Counted from the stretch's first letter, positions 21,718-35,663 are shown. The stretch: 64,000 bases of DNA from an uncultured delta proteobacterium (GCA_963785235.1 CAWAUM010000001.1:544001-608000), one strand, 5' to 3'. The notes: generated from the sequence alone by a model not told the origin. A program made the numbers and translations.

Positions 21718-22284
21718 CTACAGGGGATAGTTGTCTTCGAGTATCTCGATCTTTTTTACAAGGAACTGCCTTCCAATCTCCCCGGTGAGAAACACCTTTG
21801 AATTTTTAAAAGAGAGCTCTGATATGGTGAGTTCGGTCATGGAGAGCTTTGTAACAGGGAAAAATTTACGTGAGTTTAAATCAATAAGCTTCTTGATCTG
21901 TTTCTGAACCGTTCCATCAGCAGCAATCAGCTTGTAACGCTTGGATAAACCCCTGGCTATTGTATAACCTTTGTTCTCCGGATCTACGTAGTTACCGAAT
22001 TTAGTCTTAAGTTCGTCGGCATCTTTTTTTGTCATGACAATGATGCGGGCATCGAGGTATTTTATGGATTCAGGGAAAACAACCGGGTTTATCGTGAACA
22101 GGACAAAGGTATCTTCCACCGGCGCCATCTTGACGGCCTTTACGGAATGATCTTTTGTCGTAAGCGCTATCTCCTTACCCGTATCCTTAATATCCCCCCC
22201 CGACCTTGTTGACGAAGATGAGCATGCAGGAAGCACCAAGAGTAATACAAGGATAAAGAACAGAAAGCCCCGGATAGTCTTCAT
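21718..22284 (-). CDS. Hypothetical lipoprotein
   Basis: GAGGAGG RBS; MKTIRGFLFFILVLLLVLPAC lipobox. Confidence 0.7.
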   Translation of the reverse strand: MKTIRGFLFFILVLLLVLPACSSSSTRSGGDIKDTGKEIALTTKDHSVKAVKMAPVEDTFVLFTINPVVFPESIKYLDARIIVMTKKDADELKTKFGNYVDPENKGYTIARGLSKRYKLIAADGTVQKQIKKLIDLNSRKFFPVTKLSMTELTISELSFKNSKVFLTGEIGRQFLVKKIEILEDNYPL

Positions 22285-22614
22285 TACCAGTCCTCCTCAA
22301 TAACGGTGTGGTGATTCTTTCCAAGAAGATTATACCTTGATAGTACAAGCTCATAATAAGCCCCATATCTTTAAGATACGACCAAGTTAATCCCCTTGAG
22401 TTTTCCGGCACAAGATATAGTGGGGGGTTTAAAAATTGTCAAGATAGTACTCAGGTGATCCAGGTGTATCCAGTTCCATCGACCGGTAAACAACCATGAA
22501 CGCCTAATCTGATGTATGGTGAAATATTCTTGTATGTTGTATAGATTTAGTGGCTATTACCACGGGACGACAGTTGAGAAAAACCACTGCCAGGGGGCTG
22601 ACGCATGAAGAAAC

Positions 22615-23304
22615 ATGATGTCCGTAATACTCCAGGAAAGGGTGTCCTGCCTCGGTGCTTGCATTATTCTGATTCTCTGTGTCTTCATCGGTTGTTCTTC
22701 GAGCGATTCAAACCAGAGGTATGGTACCTTTGTGGATAGCGCAGTTGAAGGCATTACGTTCAAGACCGAAACCATGAGTGGTGAGACTGGTGTATATGGA
22801 AGATTCCCTTTTGTTCCTGGAGAAACCGTGACCTTTTCCATCGGGGGCATCATTATCGGGGCCACGAAGGTAAAGCTTGTCATCACGCCGGTGGACCTTG
22901 TTACAGGGGCACTTGATGAGAAAGATCCCGCGGTGACCAACATCACCCGGTTCCTCATCACCCTCGATGAAGACAATAATCCTGATAACGGCATAACCAT
23001 AAGCCCTGCAGTCAGGACTGCTTTGGCCGGCTACTCAGTCAATTTTGCCCAGGACACTGCTCAGTTCGCTCAAGATGCCGAGGCGCTGGATGTGATGGAA
23101 ACCCTGAACGTTCTCTATAAAGGCGATACAGGGGAACGCATACTCTGTTCCGTGATGGACGCCCAGGAACACCTCGGAAATACTATAGAAGAGCTTGCAA
23201 AGAGTGGATACAATAAATCCGGCGGATCAAGCGGCAATATCGATTTCGGTGGAGGAGGCGGGTCAGGCGGAGGCGGAGGCGGATGCGGTGGGTGAGGCGA
23301 ATAG
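22615..23304 (+). CDS. Lipoprotein with GxFVDSAVEG domain and Gly-rich tail; ends at TGA 23295, or reads through as Sec to TAG 23304
   Basis: Lipobox FIGC; GTFVDSAVEGITF, NITRFLITLDEDNNPDNGITI; tail GGGGGSGGGGGGCGG-TGA-GE-TAG. Confidence 0.7.
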
Positions 23305-23308
23305 CCTA

Positions 23309-23326
23309 CATCATCGGTCGATGATG
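23309..23326 (+). promoter_or_regulatory. Candidate bacterial SECIS hairpin
   Basis: CATCATC-GGTC-GATGATG; loop starts after a 20-nt spacer from the in-frame TGA; no U-tract follows it on either strand. Confidence 0.5.
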
Positions 23327-23347
23327 AAAAAACCTCCAATAAAAGCT

Positions 23348-23953
23348 TCACATGAACGGGTGAATGTGCGGAATAATCCAGATGCCTAGGTTTGCGAGCG
23401 CATGCACGATAAATGGTGCCCAGATATTCCTTCTCCATTCGTAAATAGAAGCAAACAGGATGCCGCCTGTGAGTTGGATTACTGAGATGTTGCCGTGCAG
23501 ACAGGAAAAGAGCAGAGATGTGAGGATAATGCACACGGATGCTCCCAGGCTTTCCCTCATCCATGCATAGAGCAGCCCCCTGAAAAAGAGCTCTTCCACA
23601 AAAGGCCCGATGAGACAGCCGATAAAGAAAAAGGCTACCCAGTGGTCAAGAGGCTGCTCTGAGAGAAGCTGACTCAGCAGCCCTTTTTCCATGAAGATCC
23701 GCGAAACAAGGTCTATGGCAAGAACACAAGCGCCAAAGACAGCAGCAATCCCGAGTCCAATGGCAAGCTCCTTGGAAATTGAGGCTGTCATCACGCCGCA
23801 GAGCCTGTATGAAAAAACAAGGATGACAGTCATCTCCACGAGCCTGGCCATAAGTGTGTAGATCAGCCCGTCAACAAGGATGTATCCCGACAACAGCCTG
23901 AACCCGGCTTCTACGAGACAAACCGCAAGAATGACTGCCAGACGCCTATCCAT
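23348..23953 (-). CDS. CPBP (Abi/Rce1-like) intramembrane glutamic endopeptidase
   Basis: PFVEELFFRG, LFSCLH, VHALAN motifs; multiple TM helices. Confidence 0.88.
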   Translation of the reverse strand: MDRRLAVILAVCLVEAGFRLLSGYILVDGLIYTLMARLVEMTVILVFSYRLCGVMTASISKELAIGLGIAAVFGACVLAIDLVSRIFMEKGLLSQLLSEQPLDHWVAFFFIGCLIGPFVEELFFRGLLYAWMRESLGASVCIILTSLLFSCLHGNISVIQLTGGILFASIYEWRRNIWAPFIVHALANLGIWIIPHIHPFM

Positions 23954-24046
23954 GGATATGTATATATAAGGGAAAATGGGAAGGCACAATGAAAGAAACT
24001 TGGCAACAGTCTAATAAAGGCATATCCGATATACAAACTTGTAAAA

Positions 24047-24076
24047 TTGACGAGCATGGACAAGTGCGTCTATACT
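24047..24076 (+). promoter_or_regulatory. Sigma70 promoter of selB (probably leaderless transcript)
   Basis: TTGACG-N18-TATACT, then 6 nt, then ATG; no SD sequence. Confidence 0.55.
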
Positions 24077-24082
24077 GGCACC

Positions 24083-25954
24083 ATGAAAAGGGTAGTCATC
24101 GGCACGGCAGGACATGTGGACCATGGCAAGACATCGCTTATCAAGGCGCTCACCGGTGTTGACTGTGACCGCCTCAAGGAAGAGAAAGAGCGTGGGCTTA
24201 CTATCGAGCTCGGCTTTGCCTCGCTCGTTCTCCCTTCAGGGGAGCGCGTAGGGGTGGTGGATGTGCCGGGGCATGTGCGTTTTATTAAGCACATGCTCTC
24301 AGGGGCCTCAGGCATTGATCTGGTGCTGCTGGTGATCGCCGCGGATGAGGGAGTGATGCCCCAGACAAAAGAGCATGTGCAGATCTGCGAGCTTCTGGGC
24401 ATCAAGCGCGGGGTCGTTGCCCTGACCAAAAAAGACATGGTGGATGAAGACCTGCTGGAGCTTGCCGTCTCTGATGTGCGGGATTATATCCAGGGCACCT
24501 TCCTTAAAGATGCACCAATTATCCCGGTAAGCTCCACGACGAAAGAAGGTCTGGATGAGCTCACCGCTGAGCTCGATGCCCAGGTAGCGCTGGTGCATGA
24601 GCGGCAATCAACAGGGATACCGGTGCTTCCTGTTGACCGCGTTTTCACCATCAAGGGGTTCGGCACCGTGGTGACCGGCACACTGAGCCGCGGTACATTC
24701 TCTCATGAACAGGAAGTCGAGGTTTTGCCCAGCCGCAAGGCTGCCAGGATCCGCAATCTTCAGGTCCATGATGAAGATGTTGATATTGCATTTGCCGGCA
24801 TGCGCACCGCAGTCAACCTCCAGGGCATGGGCAACGAGGAGATAGCCCGGGGTGAATGGGTCGTTCCGGCAGGGGTCTTTGATGCCACCCGTTTGCTTGA
24901 TGCGAAGCTCAACCTTCTGAGGAAGCCGGGCAGGGGCGGAGTCAGGCTCTATATCGGTACGGCAGAGGTTATGGGGGACATGAGCCTGCACAAGGTAGAC
25001 GGCCAGGACATTGGAAGGATAAGGCTCCAGCAACCGATTGTTGCCTCGCACGGCGACAGGTTCATCCTGCGTGCCATATCCCCTGCGGCCACCATTGGTG
25101 GAGGTATGGTGCTCAATCCTCATCCGGCCAGGCGGTTTTCAGAAGAGGTGATCCGCGATCTCTTAAGCGATGACCCTTCAAGGCTCATCATCGGTCTTGC
25201 AAAGGATGCCGGAATGCAGGGCATCTCACGAAGGGTTATCCTCTCTGTGTTCCCCGAAGGGGCGTCCAAGTGGGATAAGCTCATACAAAGCCTGCTCTCA
25301 GCCGGCGAGATCATCAAGTTCGATACAACAGGAGAGCTCTTTGTTCATGCCTTTTACCAGGCCAGGCTCAGGCAGGTTCTTGTATCGCGCGTCCAGGAAT
25401 ATCATGCGGCAAACCCATCATCGCCAGGTGTATCAAAGGAACATCTAAGGATGTCTGTTCAGGGCGGCGTAGAGCAGAAACTGTTCCACAAGGTCTTGCA
25501 GGATCTTGTGAAAAGAGGTGATCTGGAAGAGTCGGGGCCTACGATATCAGCCGCCGGGTTTTCTGCAACCATGGCTGCCGACCGGACCGAGCTTGGTGAA
25601 AAAATAACCAAGATTCTTGAGCAGGCCGGATTCGAGCCGCCAAAGATATCCGAGCTTTCTGAAAGGCTCCATGTCACCAGTAAAAATATCACGGAAATTC
25701 TCGGTTTTCTCAGTCGTGACCACAAGGTCGTCAAGATAAAAGACGATATGTATCTGTCCAGCCAACATGAAGAGACTCTCAAGAAACACGTAGGCGAGTT
25801 CATCCTCAAGAATCAGTCCATGGGGCCTGCTGACATGAAGACCGTCATGGGCTTGTCTCGGAAATATGCAATTCCCTATTTTGAGTACCTGGATCGTATT
25901 CGGTTCACCATGCGTGTGGGGGATGTGCGTAAGCTGGTAATTACATCGAAGTAA
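24083..25954 (+). CDS. selB: Selenocysteine-specific elongation factor
   Basis: [33 protein letters not shown]; C-terminal winged-helix [16 protein letters not shown]. Confidence 0.96.
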   Translation: MKRVVIGTAGHVDHGKTSLIKALTGVDCDRLKEEKERGLTIELGFASLVLPSGERVGVVDVPGHVRFIKHMLSGASGIDLVLLVIAADEGVMPQTKEHVQICELLGIKRGVVALTKKDMVDEDLLELAVSDVRDYIQGTFLKDAPIIPVSSTTKEGLDELTAELDAQVALVHERQSTGIPVLPVDRVFTIKGFGTVVTGTLSRGTFSHEQEVEVLPSRKAARIRNLQVHDEDVDIAFAGMRTAVNLQGMGNEEIARGEWVVPAGVFDATRLLDAKLNLLRKPGRGGVRLYIGTAEVMGDMSLHKVDGQDIGRIRLQQPIVASHGDRFILRAISPAATIGGGMVLNPHPARRFSEEVIRDLLSDDPSRLIIGLAKDAGMQGISRRVILSVFPEGASKWDKLIQSLLSAGEIIKFDTTGELFVHAFYQARLRQVLVSRVQEYHAANPSSPGVSKEHLRMSVQGGVEQKLFHKVLQDLVKRGDLEESGPTISAAGFSATMAADRTELGEKITKILEQAGFEPPKISELSERLHVTSKNITEILGFLSRDHKVVKIKDDMYLSSQHEETLKKHVGEFILKNQSMGPADMKTVMGLSRKYAIPYFEYLDRIRFTMRVGDVRKLVITSK

Positions 25955-26033
25955 ATATCTGTTTATCTTAGTCTTTTTATCCTGGATCTTGCGTTTAATC
26001 CGGATTCATACAAAGTGAAATCCTTCAGGAGAA

Positions 26034-26174
26034 CTACTTTCTCGGTATCATTTTACGGACCAGAATAGCCCGGTCTTTAAGCTTGAGCCTCCAGTAGAGA
26101 GGGCTCAGAATGAGGGTTTTTATAAGCTCCTTCTTCTTATTATTAACATGCTCGTCTTTATTTACATCTTGCAT
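26034..26174 (-). CDS. Small 46-aa basic protein, absent from the ORF track
   Basis: MQDVNKDEHVNNKKKELIKTLILSPLYWRLKLKDRAILVRKMIPRK; sigma54-like promoter directly upstream. Confidence 0.5.
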   Translation of the reverse strand: MQDVNKDEHVNNKKKELIKTLILSPLYWRLKLKDRAILVRKMIPRK

Positions 26175-26185
26175 ATCATTGAATA

Positions 26186-26234
26186 TGCTTAAACCATGCC
26201 AGTAAATAGAAAACTGTGGTTTATCAATAAGTTA
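26186..26234 (-). promoter_or_regulatory. Sigma54-like promoter with IHF-like site
   Basis: CTGGCATGGTTTAAGCA (GG-N10-GC) on the minus strand; TATCAATAAGTTA at 26222-26234 matches WATCAAN4TTR. Confidence 0.45.
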
Positions 26235-26345
26235 TGCTGTATGGGGATGAAATAGTATCCGGGAGAGAGGAAAAGTGATGGAATTATGACACTCTTTCAC
26301 TGGGTGAGCATATAATTAAGGTGAGCATATAACAAGATGAGAGGG

Positions 26346-27002
26346 TTACTTTGGCGCGGGTACCGAGGAGGTACATGATGTTGAGATCAGACTGTCAATA
26401 TCTTCACCAAGATCTGTATCGGGATAGAGCTTCTTGATGGACTGAAAGCGGGTGCATGCTGCCTTTGAGTTGCCCTTTTTCAGGTAGAATTTGCCGATAT
26501 ACACATAATGTTTGGCGAGGAGTGTCTTTGCCTCTTTAAGGCTGTCCGTGGCATCTTTAATATAGGGAGATCCCGGATAAGTCTTCATGAATCCCTCAAA
26601 GCTCGCAATAGCCTTCATGGTCTCATTCTGGTCCCGGTCAAGGGTGCCCATCTGTTTATAATGGCACATCCCGATCCGGAAGAGACAATAGCCGGCATCG
26701 ATATCAGTGGGATAGAGAAGGCGGAATTCCTCATAGTTCTTTAGTGCCAGTTCATAATCTTCCTGGTCATAATAGAGATCAGCAGTACTGAGAATGGCTT
26801 TCCGTGCAAGCTCATGGCCCGGGTAATAGGTCCGTACCTGCATGAATGCCTCGGCAGCCTTTTCAGCATCGCCTTTCTTTGCAAGCTCGGCGGCTTCATC
26901 ATAGAGCTCTTGAGCGGGTTTAATCTTGTCGGTGTCGTGGGCGCAGCTGAAAATGAGAGATAAAATAAATACGTAGATGATAAGAGAGAGTGCTTTTCTC
27001 AT
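26346..27002 (-). CDS. bamD: Outer membrane protein assembly factor BamD
   Basis: Lipobox IFSC; TPRs; YEEFRLLYP, DRDQNET, YPGSPY, LAKHYVYIGKFY. Confidence 0.88.
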   Translation of the reverse strand: MRKALSLIIYVFILSLIFSCAHDTDKIKPAQELYDEAAELAKKGDAEKAAEAFMQVRTYYPGHELARKAILSTADLYYDQEDYELALKNYEEFRLLYPTDIDAGYCLFRIGMCHYKQMGTLDRDQNETMKAIASFEGFMKTYPGSPYIKDATDSLKEAKTLLAKHYVYIGKFYLKKGNSKAACTRFQSIKKLYPDTDLGEDIDSLISTSCTSSVPAPK

Positions 27003-27036
27003 GCGTTAGGCACCTTAAGCCAAATCGTTATGGGAA

Positions 27037-28259
27037 TCAAGGACGGATTTCATAGATTGAACCGTCTTTAATAGTAAGGATATAGGTGGACTTATCTAAT
27101 GCGCCATCTGAAGAGAATGACGTAGTGCCGCTGACCCCGGGGTAATTTTTCAGGGAGGCCAGATAGTCCTTCAGAGCCTCACGAGATGGCCTCTTGAGAT
27201 TGGGTGTAAGCCTGGAGGATCTGTGCAGCATCAAAGGCGCAGGCCTCCCAAACCGAGGGTGTATAGTGGAATGTGTTCGTGAATGAGCGGTTAAAATCCT
27301 GGGCAGCACTAAGGATGGTTCCATGATAGTATCCACTTAAGAACACTGCATTCTCGATATTTCTTCCCCCTGCCTTGAGCAGATCAGGGGTGTCCCACAG
27401 CGTTGGTCCGAAGAGGCGAATATTTTTAATGTTAAGGTAGCTTATGTATGATGATATCATGGCTGCATTCGCTGCATTATCCGGTATGAGGACTGCCTCA
27501 ATATCTGCTCCCTTACCCAAGGACATATCCCCTGGTCGGCCTTTTGCAGGCGTTTTTTTCCCTCCTGAGAAAAGGGTTTTCAGCTGCTGTTTGAAGTCAA
27601 CACTCTGCGGGGAATAGGTGATGGACTTCAAAATAGTTATGCCGAATGAGGGAGACAATCTTTGAAATCTTTCGGCAAAGGTCTTTCCGAAGCGATCATC
27701 GGGAATCATGACGGCAAACCTTGTAATGCCCATGGACCTTGCTGCGTTAAGGAGGGCCTTGGCCTGTAAATCAATAGTGAGGAAGTTCCTGTAGCAGTAT
27801 GTCCCGATCTTTGGAGGTATCTCAGCCTGGGTGAATATTATTGCCGGCAAATGCCTTGCCTGAGCCTCCTTGCAGGCGATATCACCTGCATGTTCCCCCA
27901 CCGGGCCTATGATTGCAACAACCTTTTGGGTGCGGTCAAGTTCATCAATGATAGAAGGGATGGAGTCCTCGTTATTGCCATAGTCCCTGATGATGTATTC
28001 TATATTTTGGGTAGCGGCCGTTGGAAAAGACCCCGCCTGCGATCTCTATCCCCTTGAGTATCTTGTGGCCTACTGATTCCCATTTTCCGCTTAAGGGGAG
28101 GATAACACCAATGGCATTTCGGGGGTTTGATATAAAGATATTTTTCAATGTGTCCGGTTGAGTTACATCAGAGTCAGATGCCGCCATCGCAGAGGGGCCT
28201 GAAAGCAGCAGGAATACTTCAAACAACACGGGCAGTACTCTTAAGAATCGTGTTTTCAT
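27037..28259 (-). CDS. LpoA-like / type I periplasmic-binding-fold protein; frameshifted into three pieces
   Basis: IGVILPLSG, AIIGP, FAVMIPDDRFG, YPGVSGTTSF. Confidence 0.7.
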
Positions 28260-28419
28260 AATAATTTTGAATACTATATGAAGATATTGCGCCAAGTCAA
28301 TGAGATGCAATTCCTTTACCGCGGCAATGCTTTCCCCAAGTTATATTTTACTTGACAACTTCTCAGACACTCCATGAGAATAGCGTGTCAAAATACTAAA
28401 AAATTCAAAGGAGACCCCT

Positions 28420-28704
28420 GTGGCCGATCTAGGGACACGGTATAAATGCTATAAGTGCGGCACGAAGTTTTATGACTTAGGTAAACCACAGCCCATTTGT
28501 CCTGCCTGTGGTGAGGACCAGAATAACGAAGAGACGAAGCGGATGCTCAAACGAAAGAGGAAGCGTTCGCTTGCAAAGGTGAAATCCGACGTCAGGGCCA
28601 TACCGGAAGAGACTGATATCCCTGTAGAAACCGATGAAAACGTAGAAGACTATGTCCTCGATATGGAAGACATCGTCCTTGAGGAAAACGCGGATTCAGA
28701 GTAA
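28420..28704 (+). CDS. FYDLN acid-domain zinc-ribbon protein
   Basis: LGTRYKCYKCGTKFYDLGKPQPICPACG plus acidic tail; GGAG RBS and GTG start. Confidence 0.85.
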   Translation: MADLGTRYKCYKCGTKFYDLGKPQPICPACGEDQNNEETKRMLKRKRKRSLAKVKSDVRAIPEETDIPVETDENVEDYVLDMEDIVLEENADSE

Positions 28705-28747
28705 TTAGACAGTAGAGGCCTAGTCTTGTACCCGCCCTTGAGATTAC

Positions 28748-29269
28748 TCACTTCTTTTGCAGTTCTTTTGTCACTGTTTTGGTGGTGTTCTGGATATATG
28801 GCTGCATCTGTTCAGGAATGAATCCCCTGATGCTGCTCATGGCCTTCTTGGAATAAGGCAGTACCTTCGAATTCACGAAGATAGCCGAGTTTTGTGGCAG
28901 TATCACCTGCAGCATGGTTATGGTCAGGAGTACGATGAGAAGACCCTTTGCAAGCCCGAGTGCACCACCCAGGGCCGTGTCGACAGCAGCCAGTACAGAG
29001 GCATTGAGTATCTTCTGAACAAAATGCATGAGGATCTTTATTATTATAAAGAAGAAAAAAAAGACCACAATAAAGCCCAGGACACCCCGGACATCTTCCA
29101 CATGGAGAATGGAAAGGAAATGAGTGATGCCAGGCGAGAATCTCTTTGCAAGATAGAGACCCCCGAAAATGGATACAAGGGATGATATACCCTTGATCAG
29201 GCCGTGGTATACCCCCAGTCCTGTGAAAACAACAATTACGATGATGGTGAAGATGTCCAGTGCATTCAC
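28748..29269 (-). CDS. cvpA: CvpA family membrane protein
   Basis: NALDI...GVYHGLIK, VDTALGGALGLAKG, NSKVLPY. Confidence 0.85.
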   Translation of the reverse strand: MNALDIFTIIVIVVFTGLGVYHGLIKGISSLVSIFGGLYLAKRFSPGITHFLSILHVEDVRGVLGFIVVFFFFFIIIKILMHFVQKILNASVLAAVDTALGGALGLAKGLLIVLLTITMLQVILPQNSAIFVNSKVLPYSKKAMSSIRGFIPEQMQPYIQNTTKTVTKELQKK

Positions 29270-29682
29270 TGTTTGGCCTTTGTCAATTCGATCCACAGCA
29301 CATCTTTTAGGGCTATCTGGTATGCACCGTAAGGCAATTTACCATAGATTTTTGAGATGCCGTTTGTCTTGAGATTGCACATGGTGCCGGTATCCTTTAT
29401 GGTTGCACATGCAGAACCTTCCTTCATCTCGATGCGGGAGATGGTATCAAAAGGTATCTCAATCCGGCCCTTACCCATGTATACGTTGAATGAGGTTTTA
29501 CCGTCAAAAGTAACTGAAGTGATGGTTACCTCATTGTTTAAGGTGTCCTTGATCTTCGCATTAAAAGGTGATGAGACGGTGCTTTGGCCGGGAGATCCGG
29601 CGTTGCCCATTCCCATAAGAAAAACACTAAGGACCATAAGTAATGCTGCCCGATAAAGATAACCTTTATGTTCATAGCTCAT
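29266..29682 (-). CDS. Hypothetical exported protein
   Basis: AAGGAGG RBS, hydrophobic N-terminus, overlaps both neighbours. Confidence 0.65.
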   Translation of the reverse strand: MSYEHKGYLYRAALLMVLSVFLMGMGNAGSPGQSTVSSPFNAKIKDTLNNEVTITSVTFDGKTSFNVYMGKGRIEIPFDTISRIEMKEGSACATIKDTGTMCNLKTNGISKIYGKLPYGAYQIALKDVLWIELTKAKQ

Positions 29683-29893
29683 GTACCTCCTTAACAACCC
29701 CTTCTATTTGAAGCGCCTTAATGAGATCAAGTATCGTTGCCTTGCAGTCTTCGTGATAATTCATAATGAGAAGGCCCTGAACAGGGTCTTTTGTGCTGAC
29801 AGTAGCCAAGCCGTCATAGCCTTGGACGACATAGTTCACATAAAAGATATCCTTCCGATCAACCGTCAGCGAGACCGTTTGGAAATCAACCAT
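29672..29893 (-). CDS. DUF4911-like small protein
   Basis: VDRKDIFYVNYVVQGYDGLATVSTKD. Confidence 0.7.
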   Translation of the reverse strand: MVDFQTVSLTVDRKDIFYVNYVVQGYDGLATVSTKDPVQGLLIMNYHEDCKATILDLIKALQIEGVVKEVHEL

Positions 29894-30263
29894 GATTTTC
29901 GAGATACCATAAGAGATACGCTGCTGCAAGCTCAGTACGAATAAACTGTTTACACACACGATAATATTCCGGAGGGAGGATGATCAATAAAGGCAGTTCA
30001 GTGCCGGTTTGAAACAATTATCATAGGCTAATGGTTCAATAGAGTGCCTTTGCCTTTCAATAAAATCCTTGACATCATCGAGTTTGAAATGATAGGAAAA
30101 ATTGATCTGAATGAGTGAACAGCCATTCAGTCAAGGGCTGTATAGTAACAACCATTGCAGAGGCCATTTGGGAATTTGATGGATATAATATTCCCAAAAG
30201 ATTGACGTTCGAGCAAGATAACAGGAGTGCTTTCTCAATGACCAACGTCTATGGAGGCAGGCT

Positions 30264-30692
30264 TTGATAGAGATTAATTTTACTATTATCATACAGGCAT
30301 TCAATTTTTTTCTTCTTCTCGTAATTCTGAATAAGGTCCTTTACAAGCCGATCCTGAAGATCCTTGAAGAGAGGGAGCAAAGGATCGACGGTCAGCAGCA
30401 GCAGGCCAAGAAGATCCTCGAGGATGGCCAGGTGCTTCAGGGCGATTATGATAAAAAGCTTTACAATGCAAAGATAGAGGCAATGAATACGAAGAATGCA
30501 GCGCGAAGCGCAGCTTCTGAGCAGGCCAACAGTATCATAGATGATTCCCGGAAGAAGGCGGAAGAGATCATCAACCAGATGCAGCAGCAGATGGTCTTGG
30601 AACTGGCACAGGCAAAAAAGGAACTTGAGCCGGAACTGAGTGTCATGTCGGCAACCATTGCTCAGCAGATCTTGGGGAGGAAGGTGGCATGA
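30264..30692 (+). CDS. atpF: ATP synthase F0 subunit b'
   Basis: GGAGG then TTG; TIIIQAFNF, ILNKVLYKPILKILEERE; coiled coil. Confidence 0.9.
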   Translation: MIEINFTIIIQAFNFFLLLVILNKVLYKPILKILEEREQRIDGQQQQAKKILEDGQVLQGDYDKKLYNAKIEAMNTKNAARSAASEQANSIIDDSRKKAEEIINQMQQQMVLELAQAKKELEPELSVMSATIAQQILGRKVA

Positions 30693-31270
30693 TGCAGCGA
30701 ATAAGAAAGGTTCTCCCCCTTGTAATAACTCTAGCCTTTGTTGCCTTCACGGTTGCTTTCGCATCCGAGGGAGGTGGTGGTGAAGAGGGCCATAAGGCAA
30801 TCTGGCTTATGGTATGGCGTATCGTCAACTTCCTGATTCTGATGGCGCTGCTGTGGAAGCTCCTTGCCGATACAATCAGGAAGTATTTTGTGAGACCGCA
30901 AGGAAGAGATCGCCCAGATGATTGAAGAGGCTGACAAGGCAAAGTCTGATGCTGATATTCAGTATGCCGACATCCAGCAGAAGCTTAAGAACGTAGAGAA
31001 AGATATCCATGATATCAAGAATGCCATCATGGGCGAGCTTGAAGGTGAAAAGGCCCGCATCATCGAAGAAGGCAAGGTATCGGCGGAGCGTATTATCCAG
31101 CAGGCCAAGTGGACTGCTGATCAGGAAGTGGCCAAGGTTAAGAACGAACTTAAGGAGCACGTGGTGGAAATGGCCGGAGACATGGCTTCAGGCATGATTA
31201 CCAACAGCATGACCCCGAAGATGACCAGAAACGTATCCTTGAGGAATATTTAAATAAGGTAGTGAGGTAA
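30689..31270 (+). CDS. atpF: ATP synthase F0 subunit b; frameshifted
   Basis: AFASEGGG...WRIVNF; coiled coil; ends EEYLNKVVR. Confidence 0.85.
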
Positions 31271-31272
31271 CC

Positions 31273-33334
<2,062 letters not shown>

Positions 33335-33347
33335 TTAAGGAGAGGGA

Positions 33348-34208
33348 ATGCCTAGTCTAAAAGACTTACGAAAGAGGATCAACTCCGTCAAAAAGACGAA
33401 GCAGATCACCTCGGCCATGCGCATGGTTGCAGCCGCCAAGCTGAGAAGGGCGCAGACCGACATCATTGCCGCGCGCCCTTATGCCATCAAGACCAACGAG
33501 GTGCTCGTCTCCCTGGTGACCAGGACAAACCCTGACATGCACCCGCTTCTGCGCGTCCGTGAGCCCAAGAGATGTGTCATTGTGGTGATCGCATCCGACA
33601 GAGGATTATGCGGGTCCTTCAACCAGAACCTATTCCGTCGGGCCGATTCCTTCATCAAGGAAAATAAAGACAAATACGAAGAGATCTCCATGGTGCTTAT
33701 TGGGAAGAGATCGGCGGACTACTACAGGCGCAAGGACGTCAAGAAGAGGCAGAGCTATCCTATCGGCAAACCGAATTATGCCCTGGCTTCCGAGATCTGT
33801 GATGACCTCATCAAGGGGTACGTCAATGCGGAATATGACGAGCTCATCATCATCTTCAATGAGTTCAAATCAGCCATGACCCAGATCATGCACGAAGACA
33901 AGCTGCTGCCCGTGGAACCCATGGAGGTTGATGACGACATGAGCAATGTCGAATATCTCTATGAACCCTCAGAGGAAGTCCTGCTTGATACTCTGTTGCC
34001 CTTGAGCCTGAAGATATTCATGTACCGTGCGCTTCTGGAGTCTGCAGCTTCAGAGCACGGTGCGCGCATGACGGCCATGGAGAGTGCATCCAACAACGCG
34101 GGCGAGGTTATCGGGAAGCTGGATATCAAGTATAACAGGGCAAGGCAGGCTGCCATCACCACCGAACTCATGGAAGTGGTGGGTGGTGCTGAGGCCCTTA
34201 AGGGATAA
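33348..34208 (+). CDS. atpG: ATP synthase gamma subunit
   Basis: [38 protein letters not shown]. Confidence 0.97.
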   Translation: MPSLKDLRKRINSVKKTKQITSAMRMVAAAKLRRAQTDIIAARPYAIKTNEVLVSLVTRTNPDMHPLLRVREPKRCVIVVIASDRGLCGSFNQNLFRRADSFIKENKDKYEEISMVLIGKRSADYYRRKDVKKRQSYPIGKPNYALASEICDDLIKGYVNAEYDELIIIFNEFKSAMTQIMHEDKLLPVEPMEVDDDMSNVEYLYEPSEEVLLDTLLPLSLKIFMYRALLESAASEHGARMTAMESASNNAGEVIGKLDIKYNRARQAAITTELMEVVGGAEALKG

Positions 34209-34240
34209 CAACTTTAGGACTAATCGGGAGGAATGAGCTT

Positions 34241-35651
<1,411 letters not shown>

Positions 35652-35663
35652 GGGAGAATATTC

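Noticed and set aside
17659-23300. Integrated genomic island at tRNA-Leu with an attR repeat
   Set aside because: Only an 8-nt TCCGGCAC match near 22404 and no integrase; insufficient support
30102-30134. CTGAATG-N10-CATTCAG palindrome upstream of the atp operon as a TetR/FadR-like operator
   Set aside because: It lies just after a likely TSS and is equally explained as a 5' UTR hairpin; no second site supports it
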